From the IMG/VR virus record IMGVR_UViG_3300025875_000069, positions 1 to 36,120 of that record: 36,120 bases of DNA; one strand, given 5' to 3'. Positions 9,484-16,365 of the stretch are shown here, piece by piece. Position 1 is the stretch's first letter. The number at the start of each line of letters is the position of its first letter. This stretch comes from a virus. Taxonomy: Duplodnaviria > Caudoviricetes. A program made the translations under genes and the position numbers. A model generated the notes under the pieces. The model was not told the DNA's origin and ran no database searches. It saw only the letters and a program-made list of their open reading frames with translations.

Positions 9484-9996
9484 ATGCACCCGCAGCCCGG
9501 CACCTTCTTCCTCGCCCGCATCGACGGGCTGCTCGGCCTGGCGATCGCCCTCGGTCAGTGGCTCATCGGCGACGCCTCCCGGTACAGCCACGCCGGCATC
9601 GTCCTCGACGACGGCACCGTCATGGAGGCCATGCCCACCGGCGCCCGGATCGCGCCGCTGGCCGACGTGCTGGCCCGCCGGCCCCTGGCCTTCTCCTGGG
9701 CCGTGCCGCTCACCACCGAGCAGCGGGCCGACATCGTCGCCGGGGCCCGGGCGCTCGAGCACGCCCGGTACGGGTTCACCGCCTACCTGCACCTGGCGCT
9801 GCTCCGCTTCGGGGTCCGGTCGAAGTGGCTGATCGCCCGGCTGCGGCGCGATCATCGGTTCATCTGCAGCCAGCTGGTCGACCACGTCTACACCGAGGCC
9901 GGTGTGCACCTGTTCGTCGACGGCCGGGCCTGCTTCGAGGTCACCCCCGGGGACCTGGCCAACGTCCTCATCGAGCGCGACTGGCAGCTGCAGTGA
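9484..9996 (+). CDS. Permuted papain-like NlpC/P60 hydrolase (YiiX/YebB-like), 170 aa
   Basis: GGAGG RBS; His before Cys: YSHAGIV...VMEA...FICSQLVDHVY...VTPGDL. Confidence 0.8.
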   Translation: MHPQPGTFFLARIDGLLGLAIALGQWLIGDASRYSHAGIVLDDGTVMEAMPTGARIAPLADVLARRPLAFSWAVPLTTEQRADIVAGARALEHARYGFTAYLHLALLRFGVRSKWLIARLRRDHRFICSQLVDHVYTEAGVHLFVDGRACFEVTPGDLANVLIERDWQLQ

Positions 9997-10412
9997 GCCG
10001 CCGCCCGCAGCCGGTCCTCAGCGCGGCGCAGGCCTCGGCGGGCGCGACCTGGCTCACCGCCCTGGGAGTCGGTGTCCTGGCGCGCCGCGGCCTACTGCTC
10101 CCCGACGAGGTCACCGGCCCGATCGCGGACCTGATCGCGGTCGGCATCGTGGGCGTCGTCGGCGCGGTCAGCAGCCTGGCCGCCGGGCTGCTGGCCCGGG
10201 CCAAGGTCACGCCGCTGTCTGCCCCCCAGGACAACGACGGGAACCGACTGGTCCGCGCCCGACCGCCGGCCCCCCGCCCGAGGCCGACGCCGGCACCGCG
10301 TGCGGCGCATGCGTCTGCTCCGCCTCGGCCGCCGACGCTCGTTGAGCCGCCCACCGACCGGATCCCCGTCGTCGACATCGCCGCGCTACGGCGCGAGTAC
10401 GACCTGGACTGA
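9993..10412 (+). CDS. Holin-like protein (two TM helices, Pro-rich tail)
   Basis: Two hydrophobic segments followed by ARAKVTP, as in actinophage holins; last gene before a terminator. Confidence 0.7.
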   Translation: MSRRPQPVLSAAQASAGATWLTALGVGVLARRGLLLPDEVTGPIADLIAVGIVGVVGAVSSLAAGLLARAKVTPLSAPQDNDGNRLVRARPPAPRPRPTPAPRAAHASAPPRPPTLVEPPTDRIPVVDIAALRREYDLD

Positions 10413-10428
10413 CCAGTCGCCCGACGTC

Positions 10429-10476
10429 GCCCCCGCTCGCCACCCACCGGTGGCGCGCGGGGGCCTCTTCGTCGTT
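10429..10476 (+). terminator. Intrinsic terminator ending the late/lysis operon
   Basis: GCCCCCGCTCGCCACC / GGTGGCGCGCGGGGGC stem followed by CTCTTCGTCGTT. Confidence 0.75.
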
Positions 10477-10498
10477 GTGGGGGAGGGGAGCCGGGCGC

Positions 10499-10678
10499 CT
10501 AGTGGCGATGCTGCAGGATCGCCATGCCGGACAGCTTCACACCCTCGATGGTCGTGACCTGCAAGAGCTCCCAGCCCTCGACGTAGAGCTCGTTCAGCCG
10601 CCGCGCCCACTCGTTCGGCACCGGCAGCAGCACCGTGCGGAAGTGGTTGTGCGGGTCGGGGCAGGCCGGATCACTCAC
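10499..10678 (-). CDS. Small hypothetical protein, DUF4177-like (59 aa)
   Basis: RLNELYVEGWELLQV resembles the LNxLGxEGWELV motif; TACCGT -10 box 7 nt before the GTG suggests a leaderless mRNA. Confidence 0.55.
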   Translation of the reverse strand: MSDPACPDPHNHFRTVLLPVPNEWARRLNELYVEGWELLQVTTIEGVKLSGMAILQHRH

Positions 10679-10700
10679 CCCGATGACGGTATCGAAGGAG

Positions 10701-10724
10701 GAACTCCGGCGCGGGCCGGAGTTC
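10701..10724. promoter_or_regulatory. Perfect inverted repeat between divergent promoters (candidate XRE operator)
   Basis: GAACTCCGGC-GCGG-GCCGGAGTTC. Confidence 0.6.
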
Positions 10725-10762
10725 AGAATCGCCTGTGTCCTGCCGACGCTAGGGTCGTGGTG

Positions 10763-11005
10763 ATGTCCGAACAGTTGTCCCGCGCGATCGCCGCCGAGGT
10801 GCGGCGGCTCTGCGCCGACCTCGGGTGGTCCGGGAGAGAGCTGGCCCGCCAGTCCAACCTCAAGGTGACCGCGACCGCGGCCAAGCTCGCCGGCGAGACG
10901 GCGTTCGGATTCGACGACGTCGACGCCATCGCGACCGCCGTCGGCATCAGCCCCGTGGACCTGATCGCCCGGGCGAACGAGTCCCGTCCTCACTCGGACG
11001 GGTAG
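10763..11005 (+). CDS. XRE-family helix-turn-helix protein (80 aa)
   Basis: IAAEVRRLCADLGWSGRELARQSNL...FGFDDVDAIATAVGISPVDLI; TAGGGT -10 box 7 nt upstream. Confidence 0.8.
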   Translation: MSEQLSRAIAAEVRRLCADLGWSGRELARQSNLKVTATAAKLAGETAFGFDDVDAIATAVGISPVDLIARANESRPHSDG

Positions 11006-11051
11006 ATACCCGGGAAGTTTGTTCGGGATTCCGGTCAAGAATCGGGGGTGA

Positions 11052-11071
11052 ATGTTCGATAATACGAACAT
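11052..11071. promoter_or_regulatory. AT-rich promoter with inverted repeat over the -10 box and start codon
   Basis: ATGTTCG-ATAATA-CGAACAT; GATAAT lies 6 nt before ATG 11070; the arms resemble LexA half-sites. Confidence 0.5.
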
Positions 11072-11378
11072 GAGTCAGACAGCCACCCTCGCCCGGCCGA
11101 TCGCACCGCGGATCTCCGCCGCGATGCTGCAGGCCGCACTCGTCACCCGCAGCGCCGTCATCGTCCAGGAGGACTCCGGCGCCACCTACGCCGCCGAGCA
11201 CCTGTCCCCGGCCCAGCTGGACGACCCCTCGGTCGTCGTCCTGCTCGAGCACGACCAGGCCGCGGCCTTCCTCCGCGACGCGATGGGCAAGCACAGCGTC
11301 GCGGCGCGCCTGGCCACCGAGCACCTGCGCTCGCTTTACGTGCGGGGCTTCCTCGCCCCTGCTGAGGTGGCGGCATGA
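11070..11378 (+). CDS. Hypothetical protein (102 aa) ending in EVAA
   Basis: Phage-like codon use; stop overlaps next start (ATGA). Confidence 0.7.
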   Translation: MSQTATLARPIAPRISAAMLQAALVTRSAVIVQEDSGATYAAEHLSPAQLDDPSVVVLLEHDQAAAFLRDAMGKHSVAARLATEHLRSLYVRGFLAPAEVAA

Positions 11379-12025
11379 CCGCCCTTGCACAGCCGGCCAC
11401 CCCCGGCGAGCAGCCGGCCTCTCTGGCCCGCTTCCGCGCCGAGCGGCGCGCTGAGCAGATCCGCTCCAACCTGTCCGGCGCGGCCGCGGTCCTGCGCGAG
11501 GCGCGCGAGAACGGCGACGCCGAGCTGCTCGGCTACGCCAGCCACGGCGCCTACGTCCTCGACCGCTTCGGCGACGTCCTAGGCGAGCTCAAGCTGGCCA
11601 CCGAGGACCGTCGTGCGGTCGTCGACGCGATGCGCACCGGCGGCGCGAGCCACCGGCAGATCGTGCGCGAGCTCCGCGTCTCGGCCGGGACGGTCGCCAA
11701 CGACATCGCCATCGTCGGCGACCACGCACCCGAGAAGGTGGTCGGCGACGACGGCCGGACGCGCACCGCTCGCACGACCCTTGCGTCACGTGACGCAAGC
11801 ACGCCGGAGGTGGGTGCTGCGCCGCTGACGGTCGCCGACCGGACCGTGCAGCTCGTCGCCGCCACGGGCACCCGGGGGATGACGGTCAAGGAGCTGTGCC
11901 GGAAGGCCCGGGTGCACCACGGCCAGGCGTCCGGCGCGCTGTCCCGCGTGCACCGGCAGGGCCGCGTCGTCCGGACGACGACCTACCGCGACGGCTGCGC
12001 CACCTACGTCGTAGCCCCGGCGTGA
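11375..12025 (+). CDS. DNA-binding protein with two HTH-type domains (216 aa)
   Basis: GASHRQIVRELRVSAGTVANDI (HTH) and GMTVKELCRKARVHHGQASGALSRVHRQGRV (winged helix). Confidence 0.7.
   Translation: MTALAQPATPGEQPASLARFRAERRAEQIRSNLSGAAAVLREARENGDAELLGYASHGAYVLDRFGDVLGELKLATEDRRAVVDAMRTGGASHRQIVRELRVSAGTVANDIAIVGDHAPEKVVGDDGRTRTARTTLASRDASTPEVGAAPLTVADRTVQLVAATGTRGMTVKELCRKARVHHGQASGALSRVHRQGRVVRTTTYRDGCATYVVAPA
11780..11799. promoter_or_regulatory. Perfect 20-bp palindrome (parS-like / operator motif TTRCGTCA-N2-TGACGYAA)
   Basis: CTTGCGTCACGTGACGCAAG; a related copy lies at 23004-23025. Confidence 0.6.
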
Positions 12026-12032
12026 CCGGAAC

Positions 12033-12054
12033 TGTCACACCCGGCCCCTACCGT
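12033..12054 (+). promoter_or_regulatory. PafBC/RecA-NDp-like promoter motif
   Basis: TGTCAC-N10-TACCGT versus consensus TGTCGG-N10-TANNNT. Confidence 0.45.
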
Positions 12055-12094
12055 GGAGGCGACCGGCGTCTGGCGGCGACGGCAGCACCACCCT

Positions 12095-12140
12095 GAGCGC
12101 CCCGCCCCGATTTCTGCGGGGTGGGGCGCTCTTCGTTCGT
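12095..12140 (+). terminator. Strong hairpin terminator between convergent units
   Basis: GAGCGCCCCGCCCCG-ATTTCTG-CGGGGTGGGGCGCTC followed by TTCGTTCGT. Confidence 0.8.
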
Positions 12141-12146
12141 CGGCGC

Positions 12147-12665
12147 CTACTCGCCCTTGTCGCGCGGGAACAGGTAGTTGGCGACGACGTAGACGATGCC
12201 GAGGACCTCGAGCACGGAAGCGCTGAGCCAGGCGATGATCGCTTGGACGGGGACCTCGCCCCACTCGGAGACCATGTAGGTGACGAAGATGCCGGTGCCG
12301 AGCAGGAGCATCACGCTGGCCGCCCGAATGGACCAGACGGCGAGCAGCTTGCGCAGGTCGGTGTCCTGGCGGTCGCTGTCGATCTTGCTCTGACGGTGAA
12401 TCCGCTCGAGGTCCGACATGTCGTTCGTCTTGACGACTGGGTTGTCGCGGTCCTCGGCGGCGGCCTTCAGCGGCCCGGACGCGTCGTCCGGGCCGACGAC
12501 CTCCGGCGATGCGCCGATGCTGCCGTAGACCTGCTCGATCTCTTCAAGCGACAGCCCGAAGCTCTCGAGCTCCTGCTGGCTGAACGCCGCGAACGCTCTG
12601 AGCTCTGGGCTGCCCTCGTTGAAGCCGGAGGTGGCGTCCTCCCCCCCCGGAGGGCGTTCTGTCAC
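12147..12665 (-). CDS. Membrane protein with acidic N-terminus and two C-terminal TM helices (putative toxin/effector), 172 aa
   Basis: TM1 LLAVWSIRAASVMLLLGTGIFVTYMV; TM2 AIIAWLSASVLEVLGIVYVVANYLFP; GTG start overlaps the peptidase stop. Confidence 0.8.
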   Translation of the reverse strand: MTERPPGGEDATSGFNEGSPELRAFAAFSQQELESFGLSLEEIEQVYGSIGASPEVVGPDDASGPLKAAAEDRDNPVVKTNDMSDLERIHRQSKIDSDRQDTDLRKLLAVWSIRAASVMLLLGTGIFVTYMVSEWGEVPVQAIIAWLSASVLEVLGIVYVVANYLFPRDKGE

Positions 12666-13141
12666 GCGAGAGCGAGGCGACGCAGCCGAGTGCCCATCGC
12701 GTCGGGGGACACGCCGAAGTACTCGGACAGCTCGAAATCCGTCCAGCCCTGCGACTGCAGCCGGAGCACCTCGTCGGCCGGCATCAGGAGGTGGCCGGCG
12801 AACTCGTTGGCGTAGAACTCGCGGAGCGTGAAGGGGCCGCCGCGGCGGTCGACGTAGCTCATGGTCGGAGCGGAGCTGCGCTCGACGTAGTGCCCGATCT
12901 CGTGGGCCACAGTGAACCGCTGACGCCGCGGCGCGTCGTCGACGTCCACGTACACGACCGGATCCTCGTCCTGCTCCTTGATCAGCATGCCGGACACGTT
13001 CGGGCCTAGCTGACCCACGAGCACACCCAGCCCGAGATCGCGGGCGATCGCCACGGGGTCGACGGGGAAGCCTCGGCCGGCCCAGTGTCGCCGCAGGATC
13101 GCGGCGGCGTCCCGCGCGGCTGCTTCCTTCTTGGTGGTCAT
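12662..13141 (-). CDS. ImmA/IrrE-family zinc metallopeptidase (159 aa)
   Basis: PVDPVAIA, RQRFTVAHEIGH (HExxH), EFYANEFAGHLLMP, LSEYFGVS; GGAGAGGAG RBS. Confidence 0.92.
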   Translation of the reverse strand: MTTKKEAAARDAAAILRRHWAGRGFPVDPVAIARDLGLGVLVGQLGPNVSGMLIKEQDEDPVVYVDVDDAPRRQRFTVAHEIGHYVERSSAPTMSYVDRRGGPFTLREFYANEFAGHLLMPADEVLRLQSQGWTDFELSEYFGVSPDAMGTRLRRLALA

Positions 13142-13269
13142 GACTCCTCTCCGTTCACTGCAGGTGGGCGTGTCCTAGCTAGGGCACGTGCCGGATGCTA
13201 GTGGCAACGTCTGACCGGACGCGCTCGTTTCCGTGCGCACCTGTGCAACGTCGTGCACGGTCGCCTTGC

Positions 13270-14127
13270 TCACGCCACCACGCGGAGCCGGCGAACGACA
13301 TCGGCCGGTCCAGGGTCGAGCAGGCGGGGGAGACCGAGGATGGCCGCGCGGCGCTCGCTGTCGTCGACCTGGGTGTAGCCGGCCGTGGTGGCCAGCGACT
13401 CGTGACGCAGCAACTCCTGGGCGACGCGGGTGTTCCCGCCGGCGGCCCGGAGCACTTCGGTGCCGTACCAGTGCCGCAGCTGGTGCCCGACCCCGTTGAC
13501 CTGCGCCCGCTCCATCAAGTCCGACAGCACCTTCACCACGCTCTTGGGCGTGATCGGCTTCCCGGCCCGGGTGTAGGAGGGGAACCACCAGTCGTAGCGC
13601 GGGAAGTCCACGGCCAGCGCCGCGACGTCGGGGTGCAGCGGCAGCCACGCCTCCTTCGCCCCCTTGCCCACGACGTGCAGCCACTGCCCGTCGATGTCCT
13701 CGCCGCGGAACTTCGCAATCTCGTGGGCACGCAGGCCCTGGTAGGCGCCGAGCATGACCATCGCCCGGGTCCGCCGGCGGTTGACCGTGGCCAGCACGCG
13801 CTGCAGCTGCTCGGTGGTGATCGGCCGCGGCTTGCGCTTCACCGCCCGGGGCTTCGGTAGCCGCTCCATCGGGTTGTCCGGCCGCCACTCGAACCGGCGC
13901 AGCCAGTCGAACCAGGACGACAGGTCGGCGTAATACGTCGACCTGGTGCCCGGGGACGTCGTCCGGCCCATGAACGCGGCGACGTCCTGCCAGTCAGCGA
14001 GGGTGGCGTCGACGCCGAGCGTCCGGGCCATGAACCCGACCAGCCAGAGCCGAGAGGCGACGGTGCGCTCGCTCATGCCGCCCGACCGCATCCACAGCGC
14101 CCACTCCTGGAGTAGCTCCGCGGTCAT
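13270..14127 (-). CDS. int: Tyrosine integrase, short form apparently lacking the N-terminal arm-binding domain (about 285 aa)
   Basis: Catalytic set GLRAHE, VGKG, HQLRH, LLRH, TAGYT; ends RRLRVVA; ATG 14127 chosen as start (uncertain). Confidence 0.92.
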   Translation of the reverse strand: MTAELLQEWALWMRSGGMSERTVASRLWLVGFMARTLGVDATLADWQDVAAFMGRTTSPGTRSTYYADLSSWFDWLRRFEWRPDNPMERLPKPRAVKRKPRPITTEQLQRVLATVNRRRTRAMVMLGAYQGLRAHEIAKFRGEDIDGQWLHVVGKGAKEAWLPLHPDVAALAVDFPRYDWWFPSYTRAGKPITPKSVVKVLSDLMERAQVNGVGHQLRHWYGTEVLRAAGGNTRVAQELLRHESLATTAGYTQVDDSERRAAILGLPRLLDPGPADVVRRLRVVA

Positions 14128-14243
14128 GCCGGCGTCGTCGCCTCGCTGACCAGCACCTTCGATGATCATCACGGGCTGTGTGTATGTGCTGGCTGTGACC
14201 GGGGCCTCGCCCGCCAGCCGATCGGGTGACCCCGCTAGGGCCC

Positions 14244-14513
14244 TCACGTCCACAGGGGTGACGCTGGGAACGATCCCACGTTCTGGGCCTGTGACCTGCG
14301 CGCCAGCCGGCGCAGCACAGCCAGCGCGGTGGGGCCCTCGGCGACCAGGTCCTCGTCGACGCGGCCGGCCAGCCACACCGTGCCGCCGGTCCGCCGGACC
14401 TCGAGCACGCCGACCTGGTCCGCACCGCGCCACACCGTCCAGCTGCCCGGCTGCGCCTCGATCGGGAAGGCGGCGAGCTCGTCGACGAAGACGGCCCGGT
14501 GCACCCCGCTCAC
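14244..14513 (-). CDS. Hypothetical protein (89 aa), paralogue of the C-terminal domain of 15187-15855
   Basis: GTG overlaps the upstream stop; WTVWRGADQVG...WLAG...GPTALAVLRRLA. Confidence 0.65.
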   Translation of the reverse strand: MSGVHRAVFVDELAAFPIEAQPGSWTVWRGADQVGVLEVRRTGGTVWLAGRVDEDLVAEGPTALAVLRRLARRSQAQNVGSFPASPLWT

Positions 14514-15190
14514 GACAGCGCGGCGTGGTCGTCGAGGACGGCCCGGGCGTGCTGCAGCCGGTCCCACGCCGCGCGGTCGCCGCCGTGGTCGGGGTGGGTG
14601 CGCAGCGTGGCCCGGCGCACCATCATCTTCCGGACCTCGGGCTGTGCGATGACGTCGCCGGCGTATGCGGCCGGCTCGTCGGCCGCGGAGAGCACGAGCC
14701 GGGCGGCGTCCTCGACGGTCATGGCGGTCGGCATGGCGATCGCGTCGCCGGATCCGGACGGCAGCGCCTTCCAGCCGGCGTACTGCTCGCCGCGGCGGGT
14801 GATGCCGTACCGGTCGACCTTGCGCAGCGCCTCCAGCCCCAGGGTGATCGCCCGCAGGTTGTGCTGCCAGTGCTCCCGGGCGCCCTTCTGTTGCCAGGAC
14901 GGCCGGATGAATCGGTCGGTGGCGTAGGTCAGCGGCCCGTGCTGGGAGTCGAAGGCCAGCCGGACGGCGGGGGAGGCGGCCTTGGCGTCGGAGCGCAGCT
15001 GGCCGTCGATGCGGACGCCGCGCTCCGGGACGTCGACCTCGACGACGACGTGCTCGGCGTCGAGGTGCCACAGCTCGCGCTCGAGGATCTCCAGGGTGTC
15101 CGCCCAGGTCGCGGTGAACTGGCTGTGCTCGGGCTGGCCGGTGAACGGCGTGCGGTCGCTGATCGGCCGCACCGTGTAGGAGAGCGTCAC
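14510..15190 (-). CDS. Phage protein with C-terminal J-domain-like (HPD) module, 226 aa
   Basis: WQHNLRAITLGLEALRKVDRYG...QYAGWKALP, then RRATLRTHPDHGGDRAAWDRLQHA; GTGA overlap. Confidence 0.75.
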   Translation of the reverse strand: MTLSYTVRPISDRTPFTGQPEHSQFTATWADTLEILERELWHLDAEHVVVEVDVPERGVRIDGQLRSDAKAASPAVRLAFDSQHGPLTYATDRFIRPSWQQKGAREHWQHNLRAITLGLEALRKVDRYGITRRGEQYAGWKALPSGSGDAIAMPTAMTVEDAARLVLSAADEPAAYAGDVIAQPEVRKMMVRRATLRTHPDHGGDRAAWDRLQHARAVLDDHAALS

Positions 15191-15855
15191 GCCGGCACCG
15201 CCGCGGTAACCGTGGCCAGCTTGCGCAGCACCGCGGCCGCGGACGCTCCCTTGACCGTCGGGTCGACGCTTGGGTGTCCCAGCGCGCCGGCCACGTACCG
15301 CTTCCCCCGGGGCCCGCGGTCGGTGCGCATCCATCCGACCGGACGCCCGTCGGCGTAGACCGTCCAGTTGATGTGCCACTCGTCGCCCCAGACGTGGCTG
15401 CGCGACACCTCCTGGGCGAGCAGCTCGCCGGCCTGCAGGGGCACCGGGCTCAGCTGGCCGACCTGGCGGTCTCCCGGCACCGCGGCGTCGTCGGCGTCGA
15501 GGTGCCCGCGCAGCTCCCGCACGACGCCGCACCGGACGCACGTGAGCACCAGCCGGAACGCCTTGGGCTGCAGACGGTCGTCGTCGTCGTACCGGTCGCC
15601 CTCGCTGCTCTGCAGCGCGTCGAAGAGGTGACGGGCTTCGCCCCACCGACCGTCCGGGTTGCACGGGGTGGGCTCCATCGCGCCTCCGCCGCCAGGCGCC
15701 ATGCGCCCGTCGTAGTAGCCGACCGGCAGCACGGTCGTCTCCTCGCCCCACCGGCCGAAGGACGCCGGCACGCGGACGTCCCAGAGCTGCTGCGCCCGGT
15801 CGACGCCGTCTCGGTCGACGGACGGCAGCACCATGCCGGGCTGGCCAGCCATCAC
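15187..15855 (-). CDS. Hypothetical protein (222 aa) with CxxC
   Basis: Start overlaps the repressor stop; LTCVRCG; coupled to the next gene. Confidence 0.7.
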   Translation of the reverse strand: MMAGQPGMVLPSVDRDGVDRAQQLWDVRVPASFGRWGEETTVLPVGYYDGRMAPGGGGAMEPTPCNPDGRWGEARHLFDALQSSEGDRYDDDDRLQPKAFRLVLTCVRCGVVRELRGHLDADDAAVPGDRQVGQLSPVPLQAGELLAQEVSRSHVWGDEWHINWTVYADGRPVGWMRTDRGPRGKRYVAGALGHPSVDPTVKGASAAAVLRKLATVTAAVPA

Positions 15856-16274
15856 GCGACCGCCGTTCGGGGCGCGATCGGGGCGCCGCCGCGGCGGGGG
15901 AGCAGCGGCCGGGCGCCGGTCCGGTCACTCCGCAGGGTGACGAGCGTGCGCGAAGAGTGGAACTTGTAATCCGCGGGTTGCGAGTTCGATCCTCGCGGGG
16001 CCCACACAGCGTCACCACCCGGCTGCGGGCTGAGGGCACTCTCGGTGCCGTGGCGCAGCCACTCGAACGGCACACCGCACCGGAGCGCCCACAGTCGGAT
16101 GGTCTGCGGCGAGGGTCGGTTGCGGCCGTTGATCCACGTGCCCACCGCGTTGCGGGAGACCTCGAGGTACCCGGCCATCTCCTGCACGCCGACGTCCGCG
16201 TGGCGCAGTGCCTTGCGCATCCGGTCGGCCAGATCGAACTGCGGGACTTGCTCGGTCCCCGGAGCCTGCGTCAT
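15852..16274 (-). CDS. Immunity repressor (XRE HTH) with attP inside its 3' end; 140-aa viral form
   Basis: FDLADRMRKALRHADVGVQEMAGYLEVSRNAVGTWING...LWALRCGVPFEWL resembles BPs-type repressors; WAPRGSNSQPAD is the antisense translation of a tRNA 3' half; ends RTAVA. Confidence 0.9.
   Translation of the reverse strand: MTQAPGTEQVPQFDLADRMRKALRHADVGVQEMAGYLEVSRNAVGTWINGRNRPSPQTIRLWALRCGVPFEWLRHGTESALSPQPGGDAVWAPRGSNSQPADYKFHSSRTLVTLRSDRTGARPLLPRRGGAPIAPRTAVA
15963..16005 (+). other. attP common core: 3' half of a tRNA (probably Lys)
   Basis: CTTGTAA-TCCGC-GGGTT-GCGAG-TTCGATC-CTCGC-GGGGCCC-A maps to anticodon loop, stem, variable loop, perfect T-arm and acceptor strand; no 5' half is present. 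Confidence 0.88.
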
Positions 16275-16358
16275 GCACTAAGTCTTGCAGATCCCAGCTG
16301 CCTGTTGCAACACGTCGTGCGTGTGCCGCTTGCACTATCTGGTGCAATGCACCACGCT
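16274..16358. promoter_or_regulatory. Divergent rep/cro promoters with three TGCA-N8-TGC(A/G) operators
   Basis: Sites at 16274-16289, 16306-16321, 16331-16346; rightward TTGCAC-N17-CACGCT-N7-ATG; leftward TTGCAA-N18-AAGACT-N6-ATG. Confidence 0.7.
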
Positions 16359-16365
16359 CACCCAT

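Noticed and set aside
14190-14300. GTGAC-containing repeats as integrase arm-type sites
   Set aside because: Too short, about 1.7 kb from attP, and the integrase appears to lack an arm-binding domain
14128-14433. N-terminal extension of the integrase in the ORF track (387 aa)
   Set aside because: Low-complexity translation that overlaps the 14244-14513 gene; the integrase-like sequence starts near ATG 14127
15956-16007. tRNA gene (apparent Thr-TGT anticodon)
   Set aside because: Only the 3' half is present, with no D-arm or 5' acceptor strand; it is better explained as the attP core, and the acceptor sequence does not fit Thr
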